IMG/VR virus record: IMGVR_UViG_3300050196_000132
Location: 1 to 36,613 of that record
Reading direction: 5' to 3' (one strand)
Length of the DNA stretch: 36,613 bases
Origin: a virus
Lineage: Duplodnaviria > Caudoviricetes
Shown piece after piece: positions 33,360-36,613 of the stretch (the stretch's first letter is position 1; every line of letters begins with the position of its first letter). A program made the translations under genes and the position numbers. Below the pieces are notes generated by a model, which saw nothing but the letters and a program-made list of their open reading frames with translations, did not search any database and was not told the origin of the DNA.

Positions 33360-33707
33360 ATGGCTACGACAATGCTCCTAGATCGGCCCGTTTGGGATTT
33401 ATGCGTCGACGCGCTCGGTAATTGGGCGATTGCCGCCGAACCCTATGCCCAAGCGCAAGACGCGGCCAGCGAGGCGCGCGTTTTCGCCGGCGAAGCATAT
33501 TACGATACGGCGATTGGCGTGCCGTATTTTTCGGAAGTTTTTGGCCTAGCGCAGCCGACCCAAATTTTGCGGGCCAAAATCCAAGAGGCCGCGTTGCGCG
33601 TGCCGGGGGTGACCGAAGCGGTCGCGTATGTTTTTGTCGAAGGCCAACTTCTTAACGGCCAAATCCAAATAACCTCGGCGGCGGGGCAACAGGTGATCGC
33701 GATATGA
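33360..33707 (+). CDS. Baseplate wedge/sheath initiator protein
   Basis: WDL..D..GN.A, AQD, F.GE.YYD...GVPY, A..VPGV. Confidence 0.78.
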   Translation: MATTMLLDRPVWDLCVDALGNWAIAAEPYAQAQDAASEARVFAGEAYYDTAIGVPYFSEVFGLAQPTQILRAKIQEAALRVPGVTEAVAYVFVEGQLLNGQIQITSAAGQQVIAI

Positions 33708-34906
33708 CTTTGACGACCCACGTTCCCCTGCCGACATTTGGCGACACCGGCCCGGCCACGCCGCAGGAAACGGCTATCTTGGCTGGCGTCATGGCGGATT
33801 TTGTCGCGGCGTTTGGCGGCGCGCTAAACCCCTCAATCGCTTCACCGCAGGGGCAGCTAGGCCAATCGCTGACCGCCATTATTGGGGCGTTTAACGACCT
33901 ATTTGTCGACTACTGCAACCAGACCGACCCCGCGTTTGCCTCGGGCCGGATGCAAGACGCTTTGGCCCGCCTTTATTTTTTGACCCGCCTGCAGGCTCAA
34001 CCGACTGCCGTTACCGCGACTTGCTCGGGCGCGACTGGCACGTTCCTGCAATTGGGTAGTTTGGCGCTTGCCACCGACGGAACGATTTACGCCAGCACCG
34101 CTTCCGCAACTATCCCTTCCAGCGGCTCGGTCGACGTGCCGTTTGCTGCACTGACAGACGGGCCAATCGCTTGCCCCGCGGGTGCTCTAAATGCCATCTA
34201 TCGGTTCGTGCCCGGCTGGGATTCACTGTTCAACGCCGCCGACGGCGTGCCTGGGCGGGTAACCGAGACGGCCGCCGAATTGGAAACTCGCCGCCGCCTG
34301 TCGGTTAGCCAAAATGCAACGGCTATCGTGGCCGCAATGCGCGGTTGGTTGCTGGGTAATAGGACCGACGGTTCGCAAGTCGTGCCGGGGATTGTCGACG
34401 CGTGGGTTCAGGAAAACGACACTGCTTCGTCGGTTACGATTGGCGGGCAGGCCATCGCGGCGAACAGCGTTTTTGTGTGTGTCGAAGGGGGTTCTAATGC
34501 CGATGTGGCCTTAGCCATTTGGCAAAAAAAGAGCCTCGGTTGCGGTCTCGTCGGGACGACGACCGTTACCGTGACGGACACCGAAAGCGGCTATTTGTCC
34601 CCGCCGTCCTATATGATTAAATTCCAGCGCGCGGCGGCCCTCCCGGTCAACTACGTCGTAGCGGTCCAAAATAAACCGGACGTTCCGAGCGACTACCTGA
34701 CGCAAATTACGGCGGCTTTAGCCGCAGCCTTCCCGGCACAAGCCCGCATCGGCCAGCCCGTGTTTGCCTTGGGCGGCGTGGCGGCTATCGTGGCGCTCGG
34801 GCCGTGGGCGCGACTCGTCTCCATCACTGTTAACGCGGGCGCAGAACAGACCGTAGGTATTGGCGAGTTTCCGGCCTTCGGCACAGTAGCCGCCAGCCTC
34901 GTATGA
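33704..34906 (+). CDS. Baseplate J-like wedge protein
   Basis: PQGQL, DP..ASGRMQDA, G...ET.AE.E.RR, V.GG. Confidence 0.88.
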   Translation: MTLTTHVPLPTFGDTGPATPQETAILAGVMADFVAAFGGALNPSIASPQGQLGQSLTAIIGAFNDLFVDYCNQTDPAFASGRMQDALARLYFLTRLQAQPTAVTATCSGATGTFLQLGSLALATDGTIYASTASATIPSSGSVDVPFAALTDGPIACPAGALNAIYRFVPGWDSLFNAADGVPGRVTETAAELETRRRLSVSQNATAIVAAMRGWLLGNRTDGSQVVPGIVDAWVQENDTASSVTIGGQAIAANSVFVCVEGGSNADVALAIWQKKSLGCGLVGTTTVTVTDTESGYLSPPSYMIKFQRAAALPVNYVVAVQNKPDVPSDYLTQITAALAAAFPAQARIGQPVFALGGVAAIVALGPWARLVSITVNAGAEQTVGIGEFPAFGTVAASLV

Positions 34907-35541
34907 GCGGCCCTCTCGCCTTAGCCGAAGCGCCTGTTGCAACGCCGCTACCCGGTGGCTCGCTAGCGTCCGCAACGCCCGCAACGCCTTTTTTCAACAC
35001 GGACGAAACGCTTCTTTCACAATACGCGCAAAGCCCGATTATCGGCCAAATCATCAATTTCTTTTCGCAATGGTTAGACCCCGCCGCGAGGTTTAACGCG
35101 TATTTTTCTGAGGTACGCGATATTATTTCGGCAGGCACGTATGGGCTCGACGTTTGGGGCCGGATTCTGCAAGTTTCGCGGGTGCTAGCCGTGCCTGACG
35201 ATATTTACTTAGGGTTCTCGCAGGACTCCTACGCCAAGCCGTTTGGTTTTGGTATTTTTTATTCGGGGGGCCGGTCGTCGGCAAACGTATCTTTGACCAA
35301 TGACGCCTACCGCACGCTTTTGCTGGCCAAGGCGGCGCTCAATATCACCAATGGGTCGGCGCCTTCGGTCAATGCGATTTTGCGGGCGCTTTTTGGCCAG
35401 GGCTATGTCAAAGACAACCAAGATATGACGTTGGTCTATCATTTCGACGACCCTCTAACGCCGGTTCAAACGGCTATTATTTTTCAAGCCGGGGTTTTGC
35501 CAAAACCGGCGGGCGTTTCTTTCACGGTGGAGCATCCTTAA
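34903..35541 (+). CDS. DUF2612 baseplate wedge protein
   Basis: SQYA.SP, A..YGLDVWGRI, L..DAYR.L..AKA..NI, LP.PAGV. Confidence 0.88.
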   Translation: MSGPLALAEAPVATPLPGGSLASATPATPFFNTDETLLSQYAQSPIIGQIINFFSQWLDPAARFNAYFSEVRDIISAGTYGLDVWGRILQVSRVLAVPDDIYLGFSQDSYAKPFGFGIFYSGGRSSANVSLTNDAYRTLLLAKAALNITNGSAPSVNAILRALFGQGYVKDNQDMTLVYHFDDPLTPVQTAIIFQAGVLPKPAGVSFTVEHP

Positions 35542-36234
35542 ATGCGTCTTTCCAATCTCCCCGCGTGGGTCGCTAAAGTCTTTGCGCAGGACGCCACCGG
35601 CTCTTACGTGCGGACCGTGCCTGTCACCACGTCCGACCCCGCTGCCGCTTCGCACGCCCTCGGCTTTCCGCCGCAGACCTTTACCGCCGAGGGCGCGGGC
35701 GGCACGCCCCCCGATGGACGCGACGTTAACGGCGTCCTAAATTATCTGGCCGCATGGGCGCGCTGGCAGGGCGCGGGCGGCTCGGTCACCTTTAATTCGG
35801 CAGTCGCAAGTGCGGGCGGCTACCCAAGCGGCGCGGTCGTTCTTTCGGCCAGCGTCGCGGGGCTGTTCTTCGTGTCCACCGCCGACGACAATACGACCGA
35901 CCCCGAAGGCAGCAGCGCTGCCAATTGGCTAGCGGCGGGTGCGGCCACGTCGGGGTCGGGTGCGACCGGCTACTGGGAAAAACGACCCGACGGCATTATG
36001 GAGCAGTGGGGAACCGGCGTCGCGAACGACGCTTGGTCGGGCGCTTTGATTTTTCCGCAACCTTTTTTCGACACCGCGTCGATTTCTCTGCAGGTTTCCA
36101 GCCGCGAAAATAACTCGCCGGCTACCAGTGGGAACAAGGTCAACATTGATTGGCTTAGTACTTCGACTTACCGCCTCGGTTCCGACGACGGGACCGTCAA
36201 TGTTTTTTGGCGGGCTATCGGTCGTTGGTACTAA
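35542..36234 (+). CDS. Short tail fibre protein
   Basis: GFPP.T...GG.PP.G.D.NG.L and GGYP.GA anchor; C-terminal gp53-like domain (GYWEKRPDGIMEQWG...W.AIG). Confidence 0.82.
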   Translation: MRLSNLPAWVAKVFAQDATGSYVRTVPVTTSDPAAASHALGFPPQTFTAEGAGGTPPDGRDVNGVLNYLAAWARWQGAGGSVTFNSAVASAGGYPSGAVVLSASVAGLFFVSTADDNTTDPEGSSAANWLAAGAATSGSGATGYWEKRPDGIMEQWGTGVANDAWSGALIFPQPFFDTASISLQVSSRENNSPATSGNKVNIDWLSTSTYRLGSDDGTVNVFWRAIGRWY

Positions 36235-36249
36235 ACAAAGGAACTGAAA

Positions 36250-36432
36250 ATGGACCGTCAAGCAATCGCGACCGAACTAGCCGCGCTCGGGAAATCCGAC
36301 AAAAAGTTGTTGGCAAAACTAGAAACCAACCGCGCGCGCCGTTGCGAAATTCTGACCGTAGTCGCACAACACGCAGATACCGCCCTCCCTAAGGCGGCGC
36401 TGGCCGCTGTGATCGAACCCAAGGACGAATAG
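36250..36432 (+). CDS. Hypothetical protein (60 aa)
   Basis: AAGGA RBS; predicted helical. Confidence 0.6.
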   Translation: MDRQAIATELAALGKSDKKLLAKLETNRARRCEILTVVAQHADTALPKAALAAVIEPKDE

Positions 36433-36435
36433 GCC

Positions 36436-36613
36436 ATGGTGACGGTCTTCGTCTACGCCGCTTTGGGAGCCCTGTTGCTTTGGGCTTGGCTTCGGTCCCG
36501 CGACCGGGTCGTCGCTACCTTGGCTTGCGCGTTTGTCGTGTCCCTTTTCCTTGGTCGAATGCCGCCGTCTCTTGAACGGCAAGTCTGCATGATTATGGCC
36601 GAACTTGCGGTCG
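36436..36613 (+). CDS. 3'-truncated membrane protein
   Basis: MVTVFVYAALGALLLWAWLRSRDRVVATLACAFVVSLFLG...; hydrophobic and open to the window end. Confidence 0.55.
   Translation, partial: MVTVFVYAALGALLLWAWLRSRDRVVATLACAFVVSLFLGRMPPSLERQVCMIMAELAV

Noticed and set aside
1-36613. Frequent GTCGAC hexamers
   Set aside because: They are mostly explainable as Val-Asp/Ser-Thr codon pairs in GC-rich coding DNA, and I cannot show enrichment without a Markov-model count.
1-36613. Prophage status, tRNA or rRNA genes
   Set aside because: No integrase, CI-like repressor, host genes or recognisable structural RNA genes are present, so lifestyle cannot be determined from this window.

Overview
The whole window is a contiguous stretch of a tailed dsDNA phage genome with a contractile tail. 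The gene set resembles Bcep781/PB1-type myoviruses: DUF1073-type portal, MuF, DUF2213 protease/scaffold, DUF2184 capsid, DUF4054, DUF3383 sheath, Gp138-type spike, baseplate J and DUF2612. Promoter style and probable leaderless starts suggest an alphaproteobacterial host (inference). Left to right: VRR-NUC nuclease, GH24 endolysin, TetR-like regulator, primase-helicase, GIY-YIG endonuclease, an iteron-like non-coding region, TerS, a polysaccharide-degrading fibre module (GH12-like plus SGNH), TerL, head, neck, tail and baseplate genes. The most unusual elements are: (1) the portal is fused through a DKPAMD/WKEEDHPR linker to a zeta-toxin-like P-loop kinase and is faced tail-to-tail by an unannotated 53-aa antitoxin candidate at the end of an early-expressed island (DUF3560, LPD29-like); (2) an A-[M/Q]-D motif recurs in head proteins and could be the maturation cleavage site that releases that cargo; (3) a palindrome TTGAC-N6-GTCAA occurs at 7 exact and 2 partial sites and serves as a promoter/operator cassette; (4) a C5 methyltransferase has its TRD-like repeats and motif IX overprinted in a second reading frame; (5) a candidate ~75-nt anti-Shine-Dalgarno sRNA. 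No integrase, tRNA, rRNA or CRISPR array was seen. All family assignments come from motif recognition by eye, not database searches.
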